This document shows, piece by piece, positions 23,595 through 37,100 of a DNA stretch of 64,000 nucleotides. Under the pieces are notes generated by a model. The model did no database searches. It saw only the letters and a list, made by a program, of their open reading frames with translations, and was not told the DNA's origin. Source of the DNA: Hyaloraphidium curvatum SAG 235-1. Lineage: Eukaryota > Fungi > Monoblepharomycota. Numbering within the stretch: position 1 is the first letter of the stretch; each line of letters starts with the position of its first letter. The translations under genes were made by a program, and so were the position numbers. Location: positions 372,001 to 436,000 of the forward strand of contig JAIVFI010000023.1 of the NCBI GenBank assembly GCA_025558095.1, written 5' to 3'.

Positions 23595-25476
23595 ATGGAG
23601 TCTCACCCGGCTGATGCCTCGGATTCCGAGCCGCCGCCGACTTATGGGGAAGCAGACCGAGCATGGGAACTGGACGCCGCCCTCCAGTTGGCTCCGGGAG
23701 TGCCGCGCGGGGACGAAATATGGACCGCGTCGGTCCGCGATGCAGGAACGGTCGGTGATCTCGAACCAGGTCTGGCATCCGCTGAAGCTTCCTGCCAGGC
23801 GAACGATGGCTCGACTCCCTTGTCCATCGTCACAATCTCGCCTCGGGGTCTGACAGGTGTCCTGGTGGGGTTCGAGAGCGTGGACCTCGGCTCGCCCGTC
23901 AGCGTCGCGGACAGATTGCTTGCCATTCTTTGCCGAGCCATAGTCTTTCCCATGTCTCGGAGGACTCCTTTGAGGCCTTGGAAGGTCGTCGTCTCCGACG
24001 CATCGCTCCTGGACCCTGCCATGGTGGAGGCGAAGCTCGGGATCATCGTTGAAGCGGAGGGAGCCGCGAACCCCGCGTTGACTCCCATTCTCGACGACCA
24101 TGCGTGCCACGTTTGCGGGAACATGATGCTCAAAGTGTTCCGGTGCGGAAAGTGCCGAGCCGTAAAGTATTGCGGCACCAAATGTGAGCGAATCGCTCGC
24201 CATGCCAGGCCGCCTCCCCAACTAGCTTGCGGCAGGCCAAACTCTGGATTGGCCACGTCACAAAGCTATCTGCAAAGCGCTTGCGGAAGCCACGAAGGGC
24301 GCCGGCCCCGAGCCGTTGCAAGGGCCCTTCGAGTTCTCTTCCGGATATGGGCCTAGCGAAGCCCAAATCGAGCGCACCGCCTCGCAGATCCTGGCTGCCT
24401 CCAAGTTGGATGGTGTCGGCCTGTACCGAGCTCCCATCGTGGCCCAATCTTTCTCCTTCACGGACCGTCTCGCCCAGCTGGACACGGCAGTTGGATTGAC
24501 GGACGGCTTCCCCGAACCCTTGACCGAACCGCGTGATCCATTCGGCCAACAGCGCACTGGATTTTCCGAAGCGCCGGCGACAATTGCGTCCTGGGCGGAT
24601 TTTCTCGCCGCATGCGGACTGGTGGCTCCGTCTTCTCACCCTTTCCCTCTGCTGCTCTCTTTCCCGCTGACGGTGTGGCACACTCTCAGCCACGTAGTCG
24701 CGGACATGGAACGGTCTTATGCAGGATACCCCCTGAAGCGTTCCAAGCTCGCTCTCAGGAACGGAGCGCACTACGTGATCCACGTCGTCGCCGCAGATCA
24801 GTGGCAGGTGGAGCTCGCTCCGCTGGCCGAGTTCATCGTCCCACTGCTGCGCGGCGTAACTCTGGACATCTTTCTCGTTGGGCCGCAGATTGTCGTGGAG
24901 CCGATGGCCAAAGGCGGGGGCACGGCTCCGGTTCCGATCGCCGAGAAAGGCGCGGAAGAGAAACAACAACCTGCGACGGGAGATGCCGTTGCATCGGCAA
25001 AAGAAACGCCAGTCGAGAGCATGACTGCGCCGCAGAGGGCGATGCTTCGCCGGACGCAGAGCTCGGTCGAGCTCAAGTCGGACAAGTACGAGTCGTGCGT
25101 CCGGGTCCACGTGGCTCGAAGCCCGTACATGTACCCTCCCGAGTCCAGCTCCTTCCCGATTGACAAGTACCCTCCGGATCTTGTGATGACCTTTGGATCG
25201 GTGCCGAACCCGGGCGAGGAACGGGCTCTCGATGCGACCAGGCTAATGCTTCGGACTTGCGACTTTCCCGCGCGCTTCGTCGTCAACGTCGACGTGAACT
25301 GGCTCGCCGCTCTCGAGTCACGCGAGGCCGTGGAAGTCAAGCGGCCGAAAGGTCGCCAGTTCTTGAAACCATGGGGACCTGTGGAGAACCCGTTCCGCCA
25401 GCCGTGGAGGCGTTCGCAACGTGACGCTGAGGTTCCGGTTTACGGAAACGGCGTGCTTTGGGGATGGGCATGTTGA
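23595..25476 (+). CDS. MYND zinc-finger protein with an MSS51-like C-terminal domain
   Basis: CHVC...CGKCRAVKYCGTKC|..DWPRHKAIC across an intron starting near 24185; LSFPLTV and NPFRQPW motifs. Confidence 0.75.
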
Positions 25477-25690
25477 ACCGGGACGAATAGATGGCGGACC
25501 GACCGGATCTATTGTTGACGCTGATTGTGCAGACACGGCAACGGGTCGTACCTGAGGAACCTGCATCCTCGTCCGCTTCGTCAAATCCCCGACCATCGCC
25601 TCAATTTCCGCGATCTACAAATTGCCTCTGCTCGGCAGTTCCGCTACAACCCTACCGGATGACTGGAAGCGCAAGCGTCAGTGAGAAAAT

Positions 25691-26722
25691 TCAGTACCCG
25701 GAGGGCCCGCCAGCGTAGTCGCCGCCGCCTCCGTCTGGGAACCACAGAGTTGTCAAGGAACGTCCCCAGAAAGTCGAAATGTTCGAAACTCACATCCGCC
25801 GGCGCCGCCTTCCGGGCCTCCGCCGTAGCCGCCCCGAGATCCTTCCTTTTTCTCCCGGCCCACGTCCCAGTCGAGGCGCATCGAACGCCCGTCGAGTTTC
25901 TGCTCGCGCATGCGTCAGGAATACCGTTTCGGACATGGATCATGCGCATGCAACCCACGTAGCCATCGTACTTGTCAAAGGCGTCCTCAGCATCCTTCCG
26001 CTCCTCGAACTCGACAAAGGCGAATCTGCGCAGCCATGTCAGGCAGAAACCGCGACGGCCAGGCACTCAAACCAACCCCTTGTTCCGAGACCCGGTGCGA
26101 TCCATCGGCACGGTCACGCGCACGAGGGGCCCGTACTTTTCGAACATCTCGCGGATGTCCTGCTCGGTGCTCGAGTAGGGAAGGTTGCCGACCCAGATGT
26201 TGGTCGAGGTCTTCCGCTCCTCCTCGGAGCCGCTAATTGAATGGATAGAGTCGTCAGAAACGGGCGACGCTGCGCACGATGGGCAACCCACCGGGCGGGC
26301 GGGCCCCTCGGCCGCCTGGGCGGGCTCCTGCCCCGGTAGCCCCCTCCCGGCCCCCCCCATCCGCTGCCGCCCCACCCGCCGTATCCTCCCCACCCTCCTC
26401 CGCCGTAGTAGCTGTCATAGGGCGGGTACCCGCCGCCTCCGTAGCCATAGGGCGGCGGACCGTACCAATCGTCGCGGCGCCGGTATCCGCCCCCATAATA
26501 GTCGTCTCCGCGCCGGTCGTAGAAGTCGCGCGGGCCGCCCCTGCCGCCGTACGATTCGCGGCCGTATCCCTCGCGCCCATACCCGCCGCCGCCGCCGGAT
26601 GCCGCGCGCGAGCCGCCCGCGCCGGGCGACCGGGAGCGGCCGCGCCCGCCCGGCGACGCGCTGCGCTTGCGGCTCTCGTCGCCGCCGTACTCGTCGCGCT
26701 CCTCGCGGTGCGCCTCAGACAT
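25691..26722 (-). CDS. SR-like single-RRM RNA-binding protein (RS- and RGG/GY-rich)
   Basis: RSRSP repeats; RNP2 IWVGNLPY; RNP1 NKG|FAFVEF; LDGRSMRLDWD; four introns. Confidence 0.85.
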
Positions 26723-26924
26723 CGTGACAAGGATGGGGGAAGAAAAGACAAGAACGCGAGCCCGTCGCGCGGCGATCATCACACGCGCAGCATACTGTCA
26801 CGCGGTGACGAGCTCGGACTGCTCAGCTCATAGCTTGCCTTTTCTTGAAGAGCGTCGCGTCGACGCCGCGTTGACACCGCGTGACACTGGCATTGCGGAG
26901 GTTGTTCAACCGTGTACTGGTGGC

Positions 26925-27861
26925 ATGTTCCTAAAGCCGGAGGAGCTGCACCAGTTTGCCGAGGAGGGATACACGGTCCGCGAGGGTTTCCTGACTCCGG
27001 AAGAATGCGCGGAGCTGCGAGACGAGATCAGGCACCTGATTGCGACGAGGCTCGACCTGAACACCCACCCCGGGACGAGCTTCTCAACCGGAGCCGGCCA
27101 GAGCAGTGACGAATACTTCTTGAGCTCGGGCGACAAGATCCGGTTTGTACTAGTCCCACTGCTGCTAGCGGATGGCCCAGTAATCCCCCTACTGGTACTG
27201 ATTCAGGTTCTTCCTCGAAAAGGGTGCCGTGGTCGACGGGAAGCTCTCCGTTTCGAAGATTGAGGACTCGGTGAACAAAATTGGACATGCGCTCGCTCAG
27301 CTGGATCCGGTTTTTCGAAAGGTCACGTCTCGACCCGAGCTGAAAGAGCTTGCCAAGCAGGTCGGGTTCTCGGACGACGTCGTGGTGGTGCAAAGCATGG
27401 CCATTCTGAAGCCGCCGCGGATCGGCGGGGAAGTGGTGCCGCACCAGGACTCTACATTTTTGTACACCGATCCTCCGAGCGCTGTCGGCGTCTGGATTCC
27501 CCTCGAGGACTGCACGCAGCAGAACGGCTGCCTCTGGTTCGCACCCTGCACGCACAAAACCCACCGCGTTTCGAAGCGCTTCGTCAGGGACCCGACAAAG
27601 ATCGGGACCATCTTCGTGGACATTGACGAGCCCAATCCCGAGGTGCCAAACGAAGCGTACATTCCCGTGGAGTGCAAAGCGGGCAGCCTGGTGCTGATAC
27701 ACGGCTCGGCGGTCCACAAATCGGAGCACAACTACTCGGACAAAACTCGCTATGCCTACACGTTTCACTTGCTGGAGGGGAAGAACGCGTACCCGAAGGA
27801 CAACTGGCTGCAGAACGAGGGCGGTGCGCCCTTCACAAGGCTTCTCCAGCTGACGGCATGA
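26925..27861 (+). CDS. Phytanoyl-CoA dioxygenase family protein (PHYHD1-like)
   Basis: YFLSSGDKIR|FFLE, NKIGHAL, QSMAILKPPRIGGEVVPHQDSTFL (HxD) and VHKSEHNYSDKTR; intron ~27143-27207. Confidence 0.92.
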
Positions 27862-27993
27862 CGCGCTACCGCATAGCCGGGCCCGACGGTGTTCCAGTGA
27901 AAGGTCCATTAGTTGAATGACAAAGCCACGTAACATCTTGAGAACTCCTCGACCATGTCCGTCGCAACGCGTCAAGCTCCCGCACTGCATGCA

Positions 27994-28458
27994 CTACCTC
28001 CGTAAGAGAAAGTACGCCACCAAAGACCCCGCAGCCAGCCAAGGCACGGCAAAGACGAAGCCGACCACCACACACGCCGCCAGCAACCAAAAGAGAGCGA
28101 GAACGAGCGGGGAAAAGACCACGCCGACGGCCGCAAGCCAGAAAATGAGGATCCACCGCGCTACCATGCCCACGAGCACGCCGAGCGACACCGCGGGTCC
28201 CTGCGGAACGCCCCTATCGTTGTCTGGGGAGAACTCGAGCAGCGACGGGTGCCTGTACCCCCTCACGGCTCCCGAGACGAAGGGCGGCGGCTCCCCGACC
28301 ATCAGACGCGACAGGAAGCCCAGTACCGGCCGGGGGGAGGTGGGGGACAGCTTTGGAGGCGGGAGCGGGGCGGCCCAGACGCGTTCCGGCGAGCCGGATA
28401 CAGGCGTCGCGATCGTGGGAGGGGTCCAGGGCGGCGTACGCGCCGAAGAAGGCTCCAT
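27994..28458 (-). CDS. Small protein with a long hydrophobic hairpin (membrane or lipid-droplet-like); 3' end may be spliced
   Basis: About 65 nearly uninterrupted hydrophobic residues after a Pro-rich N-terminus. Confidence 0.5.
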   Translation of the reverse strand: MEPSSARTPPWTPPTIATPVSGSPERVWAAPLPPPKLSPTSPRPVLGFLSRLMVGEPPPFVSGAVRGYRHPSLLEFSPDNDRGVPQGPAVSLGVLVGMVARWILIFWLAAVGVVFSPLVLALFWLLAACVVVGFVFAVPWLAAGSLVAYFLLRR

Positions 28459-28671
28459 GCTCCGTGTTTGTTTCCTTCAATCAGCAGGCACGAAGAATCG
28501 TGGCGTTGAAAGTGCAAATCGCGACGCGGTTTGTTCGGCGGCGCGATCGCATATATCAGGAGGGTCCGACGCGCCATTTAACTCACTCAAGCCAGGCGAG
28601 GCTCGGCAGCATCGTTTCTGTGTTGTCCTTCATTGTTCTATTCGTGTGCCATTAGGCCCTTGTTCGTGACG

Positions 28672-29151
28672 ATGCGGACGACTGCGGTGTTTGCCGTTGC
28701 TCTGCTCGCCCTCGCGGCGACCGGTCTTGTCTCTGCCCAGGAGCTTGGCAACGGTTGGGGCGCGAGCTACGACTGGCAGCCGAACATGGAGGCAGCACGG
28801 GCCGCGGCGGTTGAGAGCAATAAGCCGATCATGGCCGTCCTCTGGAGCACGGGATGCGGGGCGTGTAAGGCGCTCAAGCCACAGTTTGCCGCGTCAAAGG
28901 ACATTGCCGAGGCGTCGCGGAACGTGGTCATGGTTGAAGTCTCCGTGGACGGCGGCCAATCGGATGATAGCCTCGCTCCGGACGGCCACTACGTGCCACG
29001 GATCGTTTTCATGGGCCCCAGCGGCAACCTGCTGGACGTCACATCGGGCCATCCAAAGTTCAAGCATTGGTGGAACGATCCGACGAAGATTGCCGAGGGG
29101 ATGAGGTCAGCGGGCGCTGCGGTGACTTCCGGCGTGCGGGAGGAGCTCTAG
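28672..29151 (+). CDS. ER thioredoxin-domain protein (ERp18/TXNDC12-like)
   Basis: Signal peptide; LGNGWG; CGACKALKP; PDGHYVPRIVF; C-terminal REEL retention-like signal. Confidence 0.88.
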   Translation: MRTTAVFAVALLALAATGLVSAQELGNGWGASYDWQPNMEAARAAAVESNKPIMAVLWSTGCGACKALKPQFAASKDIAEASRNVVMVEVSVDGGQSDDSLAPDGHYVPRIVFMGPSGNLLDVTSGHPKFKHWWNDPTKIAEGMRSAGAAVTSGVREEL

Positions 29152-29341
29152 ACGGCGGTTCTAAGAGGGAATCCGTCTCTGGACGGCCATCAAGCGCTGT
29201 ACATGCTCGAGGAATGACGCGCATTGAAACTAGCTAGCTCGATCTGCCTCACTTTCTCACCCCGGCTTTGAAGGCTGTTGGGGGCAAGCGAGCGGGCTTG
29301 CTCGAATCCCCCAAACAGACTGGTCCAACTCCGCACTCGCG

Positions 29342-31162
29342 ATGCATCGCCTCCGCGCGCTATTCGCCTCCGCGGCCGCTACGGACGGCGATAATGGGGT
29401 TGCTGCGGGCGGGCGGCGCGGCACCCGCAAGCGGCGGCGCCGCGATGGTGTGCCGGAGCCAGCGGGGCCCAGCGGGGAGAACGGGGCGAGCGAGGGCCGT
29501 GCGGCCGCGGGGCTCGGCGGGCTGCCGCCGGAGGTGCAGCTGTGCCTTGGTGCGTGGCTGTCGCTGGCCGACTTGTGCCGGCTTGCGGCGACGTCGCGCG
29601 CGATGAGGTCGGCGCTGGCCGCGGCATTCGGCCCCGCGCGGCTCGCGGACGTCGACCCGCTGGGCGCGCTGCGGCGGGACTTGTCAGAGTCGATCGCCTC
29701 GCGCCGCGGCTGGCGCGCCCTATGCACCGCGCTGGCGGCGCGGCGCTGCGTCTCGTGCGGGACCCCGACCCTCAACTTCCTCGCGATCGCTACCGTTCGC
29801 CTGTGCACGTCGTGCTTCACCGCCGGCACCTGCGGGCCCGACTGCCCGGAGAGCAGGGTGGTGACGGACACGCAGCCGGCTGCAGAAGTCCCTGGCGACG
29901 GCGCGACAGACGGAGAATCGGACAGGGCGTCCCCGGCCCCGCACCGTCCGCAGCCGGACGCGCTGACCGGCCTGCTCCACCGCGCCCGGACACACAAGTT
30001 CGACGTCGTCGAGAAGTCGGTGGCTTTATCCGCCTTCCTGCTCGATGACGGGGACCTTGCCGCCGCGTCCGAGATCTGCCTCGGGTTGAGCACCTGGATC
30101 CCCAGCCAAGAGGCTTTCGCAGCGATGCAGGCCCGATGGGGCAGCGCGGACGGTCTGCGCAGTGAATTGGTGCGGCGTCGCATGTCTCGGCACGGCCAAT
30201 CAGAGTTCCCGATCCTTGGGAGGGATGCTCGGGTCGACGCGGAGCTGGGCTACGTGGTCGTCATGAACCAGTTTTCGTTCCGGAACGGACCCGACATTGT
30301 GGTCGTTCCGCCGGACGCCGACCCCGTCGCTCCCGAGGACTTTGGCGGAGCGTCGGTCGTCGCCTCGCTGTGTGACACCTTGGACCAAGCGGTTGCCTTG
30401 GCCGCCGCAGGGAGCACGATTCTGATCCCTAGAGGCGTCTACCTGGAGGTTGCGGACCCCGTCGAGCTTTGGCGAAGTGGTCTGCGGGTCAAGGGCGAGA
30501 CCAAAGCCGAGTACCGCACGCGAATGTCGCGGACGGCGGTGCGAAAGGAAGCGGTCAGCCCAAAGACCTTGAGGTCCCGCATTCCGTCGTTCCTGGCCAA
30601 GATTTTTGGAGCCGGCTCGGCGGCAGCACCGTCTCAACAGGTTCTCTGGATGCCCCCGCCCGCGCACCTTCATTGCGCCCAGAACGCAGCAATCGTGGTG
30701 ACTGCCCCATGCGCTCTTGAGAACCTCGTGGTCTCTTCCGGGGGCGTAGTCACCCTCGGGATTCCGGCCGTCGACGATCCGTCGTCGGACAGGGAAGACT
30801 TTGCCGCGCACTACCCCGCAATCCTTCGCCAGCGCGCCGGGGACGAGGGCTTAGAGGAATACTTTTCCGCAGCCACCGTCGATTCCGTCGCCTCGATCCG
30901 CGAGTGCCGGTTCACCGCGGACCGCGGATCCTGCCTGGTGGCGCGCAAGGGCGCCCAGCTGGACGTGGCCTCTTGCGAGTTCGTCAACGGTCGATGCGCG
31001 GGGGTGTGCATCACCGGAACCGGGAGGTTGGCCCGGTTTGCAGGCAACCGGCTGGTGGGAAACGGAACCTGGGCGATCCAGGCGGCCAGGGCGATCGACC
31101 AGGCGGCAATCCTTGCGCAGAACGTGGTTGCGGGGAATCAATTAGGAGCATTCTACATGTAG
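29342..31162 (+). CDS. F-box protein with a CxxC..CxxC module and a C-terminal right-handed beta-helix
   Basis: F-box LGGLPPEVQLCLGAWLSLADLCRLAATSR; TLDQAVALAAAGSTILIPRGVY and beta-helix repeats; 606-aa uninterrupted ORF. Confidence 0.7.
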   Translation: MHRLRALFASAAATDGDNGVAAGGRRGTRKRRRRDGVPEPAGPSGENGASEGRAAAGLGGLPPEVQLCLGAWLSLADLCRLAATSRAMRSALAAAFGPARLADVDPLGALRRDLSESIASRRGWRALCTALAARRCVSCGTPTLNFLAIATVRLCTSCFTAGTCGPDCPESRVVTDTQPAAEVPGDGATDGESDRASPAPHRPQPDALTGLLHRARTHKFDVVEKSVALSAFLLDDGDLAAASEICLGLSTWIPSQEAFAAMQARWGSADGLRSELVRRRMSRHGQSEFPILGRDARVDAELGYVVVMNQFSFRNGPDIVVVPPDADPVAPEDFGGASVVASLCDTLDQAVALAAAGSTILIPRGVYLEVADPVELWRSGLRVKGETKAEYRTRMSRTAVRKEAVSPKTLRSRIPSFLAKIFGAGSAAAPSQQVLWMPPPAHLHCAQNAAIVVTAPCALENLVVSSGGVVTLGIPAVDDPSSDREDFAAHYPAILRQRAGDEGLEEYFSAATVDSVASIRECRFTADRGSCLVARKGAQLDVASCEFVNGRCAGVCITGTGRLARFAGNRLVGNGTWAIQAARAIDQAAILAQNVVAGNQLGAFYM

Positions 31163-31194
31163 GTCACCATGCGCAAGCTTTCAACGTCATCGAA

Positions 31195-34100
31195 CTACAG
31201 CGAGTCCACCGAGGTCGCCGATCCCGTCTTGCCGTGCTGGGCGATGGAGCCGGCGCTGCCCAGCGACGACATCGGGCTGTTGGGCACTGAGTAGGTCGGA
31301 GGCGAGGGGCTCTCCGCCGAAAGCCCCGCGGACACCGACGAGGTTGTCGACCGCGAGTGGCCGCGGCGTGCTGGTTCTTCGGCAGGCTCGCCGCGAAGGT
31401 GCCGTCCGATCAGCTCGTCCGCCAGCACGAGACGGTCCTCTGAGTCCATGACCGGAGACTCGCTCTCCGATATCTCCAGCTTCTGGAAGTCGGCATTGAC
31501 CAGATCCACGAGCGAAACGTCGTTGGCGATCTCCGAAGTCCCCAGGATGGGGGTGCTTGGGTGCGGGCCGTCCTGAACATCGCCTTCCGGGGGCGCGTCG
31601 AGGGCGACGAGGGCCATGGCGACGGCGGCCACGTTCGCCTTGGTCACGTGCGCGAGGGCTTCGAAACCGCCGTCGCTGTCAAATGCGTTCACCCCAGAAC
31701 TAGATCGAACAACGTCGGAGCTCGGCGTCCGCCCGAAGTCGCCAAAGAGGGTGAGGTTGCCAGCGTCCGGTTCCGTCCGATCATGGCGCGCCAGTTCGGC
31801 GAGGACCTCAATCGCGAGATCACTGCACTCCCCCCGCGCAGCCCTGTAAAGCGGGGCAAGAGTGTGATCTAGTGCGATCCCCGCCGTGTGCTCTTTCATG
31901 TTTACGCATGCAACCAGGCCCTTGAGCGTCTGCAGCACGGCGGTGCGGTACTTGACATCCGGGAGCTGTAGCAGAGACAGCAGGAACGTGAGGCTCTCCC
32001 ACACGAAAGAAGGGTACGTCTGAAACAGGACAGGAAGCAGGTTCTTCAGGAAATCCTCCTTGGAGCGGAAATAGCGCGGCTTCAAGCAGCTTTCGACTAG
32101 CTGTGCCGCTAGATCCTGCCGATGCGCCCTCAAGGCAGCTGCAAGGCGGACATGTGTGCTCTTCTCATCGCCTTTGGCCGTGCTCTGGAACCCAGCGGAC
32201 GTGCGAGGGCCGGCAACAGGATTCATCGCCATCACGAGGGACGGCAAGTTCGCCAGCACGGTGAACAGCATGCGTCCTTGAGACAGATCAACTAAGGCGT
32301 CCATTTTGATGTTCATGAGCGAGTTAAGAAGTTCCAGGGCGTCGGTGGAGACACGGGGCAATCGCAGACCGCGCAACAACAAGGGCTGCAGACCTGAGAA
32401 GCTGCCACTCCAGCCGTTGGGTAGGGCCTGGTATATAAGATCCTGGATCTTCGGGTCCTCGATGTCCATGAAGGATAGGATGCGCTGGAGAGCCTTGAGA
32501 CCCTGGCCGAACTCCCAGTCGTGCGGGCTCGAAAGCACTGCTACCGCGACCCAGAAAAAGTGCGGTTGTTGAAGGAACTGGTCGCGATCGAGGGCATCGA
32601 ACAGGACGTTGAACGTGAGCAATGCCTCGAGCGAAAAGCCCTGAGCTTCGGCCCTAGTGTCCGCGATGGCACGAGAAAGCCGTACGAGGAGATCGCCCAA
32701 CCGGGAGGCCCGCGTGGGAGCTAGCAACGTCCGAAAAACCTGCAAGGATCGGCAAGCGGCGTGACGAACGGGGCAGAGCAGGCTCCAATTGAGGGCCAGA
32801 TCTCCCCAGCGCGCCAGCAAAGACGGATCCGCAACTCCAAACACGTCCATGATGAGCAAAACGAGGGTCGCCATGTGTTGTGAACTAGGGATGACCTCGT
32901 TGTCCGGAGAGGCATCCTCGTAAGCCCAAAACCGGCTGCGTTCGAGGGAAGCCTCGAGCTCGGCGATTCCGGCAACGTTCTTTGCAGATGCAAATACGAT
33001 GCGGACCAAAGCGAGAAGAGCCCGTCGATGCTCGTCTCCGAGATACGTCGATATCTGATCGAGATGAAGAACGCTGATGTGGAGAACATCGGGAAGGATC
33101 TCCAATACGGTGTCCACGTCGATGTCAACCAGTGCCTCGGCCAACAGGATTGATGCCAGTTGGGCGACCGAAGCAAGGACGCCATTGGCCACGGGGGGGA
33201 ATATTTTGGCGAGATCTGCCACATGCAAGGATGATGCCGCAACAGGTGCAGGTGCAAGGCCCTGCGGCTCCACACTCTGAGCCTTCGACGGAGCACCGGC
33301 AGTGTCCAGTGCTATCCCTTGATCTGAGACGAGCTGTCCGGGTATCATGTTTGCCGGTGCAATTGCCGATGAAAGGGAGCGGATTGTCGCAGCACATGCA
33401 GAGCTCCGGCACAGCGCCACGACGACCCGCTTCGCGGCATGAATCCACAATGGATTCCTATTCTCGATCCCCGAAGCGAGCAAGAAACTGCATATGGCCG
33501 ACGCGTTGTCCCGAATAGCTTCCGGAGACGGCCCATCGCCGGGTTCGAAACCTGAGTCGACGTCGACCGCCCCGGCTAGCGTGGCCCACAGTCGCTGCAC
33601 CAAGGGACCGCAGCTGTCTCCATGCTTGTGGGTGAGGTACAACAGATTCGACATCAACGTCTGTGCGGGCTTGTGCTCCTTGCTCGTCAGCGTCCCATCG
33701 AACGCAGCGTTCTTGACCCAAGGGAGAAGAATAGTGAAGAGATCCGGCACGCAATCGCGGTCCCCAGATCCATGCATTGCGGAGATCGGATCGCTCCAAA
33801 AGACGATTTCACAGATCACCTGTAGCCAGGATGACATGAGAACGTGGAGAATGCACCGACCGAGCAAGTCACCTTTCGGGTCAGATCGCCGTACAAGGAA
33901 GCCATGGCGGTCGAAACCATGGCCTGCGCAAACAGAAAGGTTTGCGGCACTTCGCTAGTGCTCGCCACAGGCAGGAAGTTGTTCAGGAGCTCTCGAACGG
34001 GCGCCTCCGATGCAAACGGCGCCAAAGTAGCAAGTCGGTCAAGAAGCGTCAGAGCCTCGCGACGAACCAGCGGATCGGAGTCCCCGATCTTGACCAACGC

Positions 34101-37100
34101 GAGCGCGATGAAGCGGGCAACGCCACCGGGAAACACCGTCGCCCGCGAATACACGCGTGCCAGCGCGAGAAAGTATCCGCGTGCACTATGAGGAGATCGT
34201 TGGGAGTACGCTTGACGCACAGCTTTGTCGACGAGCGAGAAATTGGCCTGGTTCGCCGACAGAAGTCCCTCCAAGGCACCGATCGCAATTGAAGGGTACC
34301 TCTCGTCTGAAGCTACGAAGGAGGCGTCGACGAACTGCAGCAAAGAGTCGATGTCGAAAGGGAGGATCTGTCCGTTCACCTGGATGCCAAGGACACCGGC
34401 CAACATCTTGAGCTCATCCACGACCGAAGGCTCCATCAGCACCTTGGCAACCCGTTGCCCTGAATCCGATTCAGCAGGGAGGGGCTCCGCAGCGATGGCG
34501 CCGCGGCACAGCGCACAGAGCGCGCGGCTAGAAGCGAACTCCAATGCCTTTTTCTGCTCTTCGATCGCGGAAGAAAGTGATCCACGCTCCTTGGGATCCT
34601 TGAGAGAATCCAAGATGCCAGCGATGGTCCGCGACTGCTTGTCGCGAAAGACAAGAGAGGGGACCCCGTATCCACACCAACTCTCGACGAGCTTGAACAA
34701 TACGTGCCGAATCTCGTACGACATCATTCGCCTAACGAGCTCGGCAGCTTTGTTCGCTCGCGGATCATGCTCACGCTGCAAGACAGCGATCAGGGGGCAG
34801 CATGGTGCGATGCATGCACCACGTTACCTTCACGTTCGGAGCTGCATCCGTTCCAACGGGAGATGTTGCGTGCCGCGCTATCAGACCTTCCCGATTGGTC
34901 ACAGTTAGGGTCTCGTACAGCTTCTGTACGAAGGATGCAAAGTAGTATCGCAGCATCTGGTGATCCCATTCAGCTTGTATGGTGGGATCGACCAAGAAAC
35001 GCGCCGTTTCGACAAGGTACTGCAAGAGCCCCTGCAGCAAGAAGGCGTCGTTGCCACACTCTTCGTATCGCAGGAGCCCGATGGTACTCGCGAAGAGCTG
35101 AGCAACTTCGGCCCGCAGCCGGTCGGCTTTGCGTCCGACGATGTTGGAGCCAAGCATGCCACCAAACAGGTTGGACGCCGAGAAGCTGAAGCTCCGCCGA
35201 GGAGACGTGAGAGAGAGGGACCGCACAGATCCCATAGCGTCCAGATGAGAGGCCACGCGCGAAAGGCCCTCGTCGAGCACTGTCCGGAGCAGGGGCTGTG
35301 CCTCTTGGAAGAGGATTCCGAACACATTGGGGTGCACACTCCCGAGAGCAGTAACAGCCGCAAGACGAATGGACGGGCGTTCGGCAGCCAAAAGCGGTAG
35401 CAGCAGCTGAAAAAGCTGCCGCGGGCCATACACGACGCTCCGAGCTTGTCCCGAGTCTCGCGTAGCACGCATGTTTGGACTCGTGGCCGACGGCGACGTG
35501 CTATCGACCTGGCAGCACGCAAAAGTGATATAGCATCGCCATTGAGAGACGATCTCGTCCGTCGCAGGCAGAACGGGCAAGACTGAGACAGAAGACCGGC
35601 TCCCTGGCAAGAAATTGCGGTAGGAAGAAAAGGTAGAGGATCCCGCGGTCGTGGAAACGCCAAGCTCGGCTGCGGCGTTGATGCCGGGTTGCAGCTGCGC
35701 TATCCTGCGAGAGAAAGTCTCGAGCGTTGCTGACAGCAGCGTTGACGATGCCTTCGCAAACAGCTCCCTGGCAATGTCCGGAAAGAGCCGCAGCCACAGA
35801 GCCTGGGCCTCCGGAGCCGAACTGCAAGCAAGCGAGCACAGATCATTTGAATCTCCGGCCGAAACAACATCGTGCGCGGCCAAAATGCGACAGCTAGCTT
35901 CTCGCAAAATGTCGAAAACCCGCGAGTGACGACGCGCACTGCGAGGTGCTCCGCCTTGGGGTTCCGCACCAGGGGTCACAAATGTCGGGTTGGTCAGCTT
36001 TAGTAGTCGAACGCCGTAGCGGCGAACTCCAAAGCTCGAGCTGGACAGCAGAGAGACGCCCCACTGATCAATCTCATCCAGCGCATGATCTATGGCATCA
36101 GATGCCGAAGCTTGCTGCTGCCCAAGCTCAGCGCACCATTCCTGGGCCAGCTCGACAATGAACATGAGCAAGCCGCCAACGCCGTAGCCGCTGCTACTAG
36201 ACTCGAGCTCATCTCCGGATCGCATGATCACGAAGTCCCCAATCCGTTCGTTCGAAGTCCAGGAGAGCGCGTCGACAAAGATTCGGGCGATTCGCGCTGA
36301 CAGACACAAGGGGATGCTGGTAGGGCTTGGGGAACCCTCGCTGCCCTCCTGACCGAGCCACCATCTCCTTTCCGTTGGGTCCGACGTCCTGAGAATGCGG
36401 CGGAGTGCTTCCAGGCTGGCGCGGCGCAGGCCGTCGTCGGCATGCATCGTGTACTTTGTGAGCATTTCCAGCACCTTGGTCGACGAGAAGCTCCGGTGGA
36501 CACAACGCGGAATCCCGTCGATACACGTCCTCAGCAAATCGATCAACAAGGCCTTGTTGCGCGGCAAGTCGCGACCCGTAACCTCCGATTCCTCGGCGGA
36601 GCCTGCCGACGCGAGGGAAACCTGCGACGTGCCGCGACGAAGACTACCGGGCAGCAGACTGCTCGTGGCACTCAAGACAGCCGAAGACAGCGACTGCCTT
36701 TCCGACGTGACCGAGGCTGTGCTGCTTTGCGCCGATAGAGCAGGAGCGCTGTCACGCAGGACTCCCGCATCTCCCGTCATGAGCAGCGATCCCACGAGCT
36801 GATCCAACATCGAGAGCAGCCTTCCGAGGACGGTCGTAACCTTCTCGTAACCATCCTTGAGGTGCTGGCCGGCCTTTGCCCAGAACTGGGGCGGCAAAGC
36901 CACGTTCGCGGCCGATATGTTGTCGCGGTAGAAATCTCCCGTCATGCTCCGAGTCCGGTAACGCTCCGTGTGCTTCGGCAAAGCCGACGCGCTGTTGGTT
37001 TCCAACGTCGCCACCGAAGCCGAAGCCCGCCGCAAGAAGTCCCATTCTCCGCTCACGGATTTGCCCTGACTAGTCATGCTGACGTCCACCAACAGCGGCA

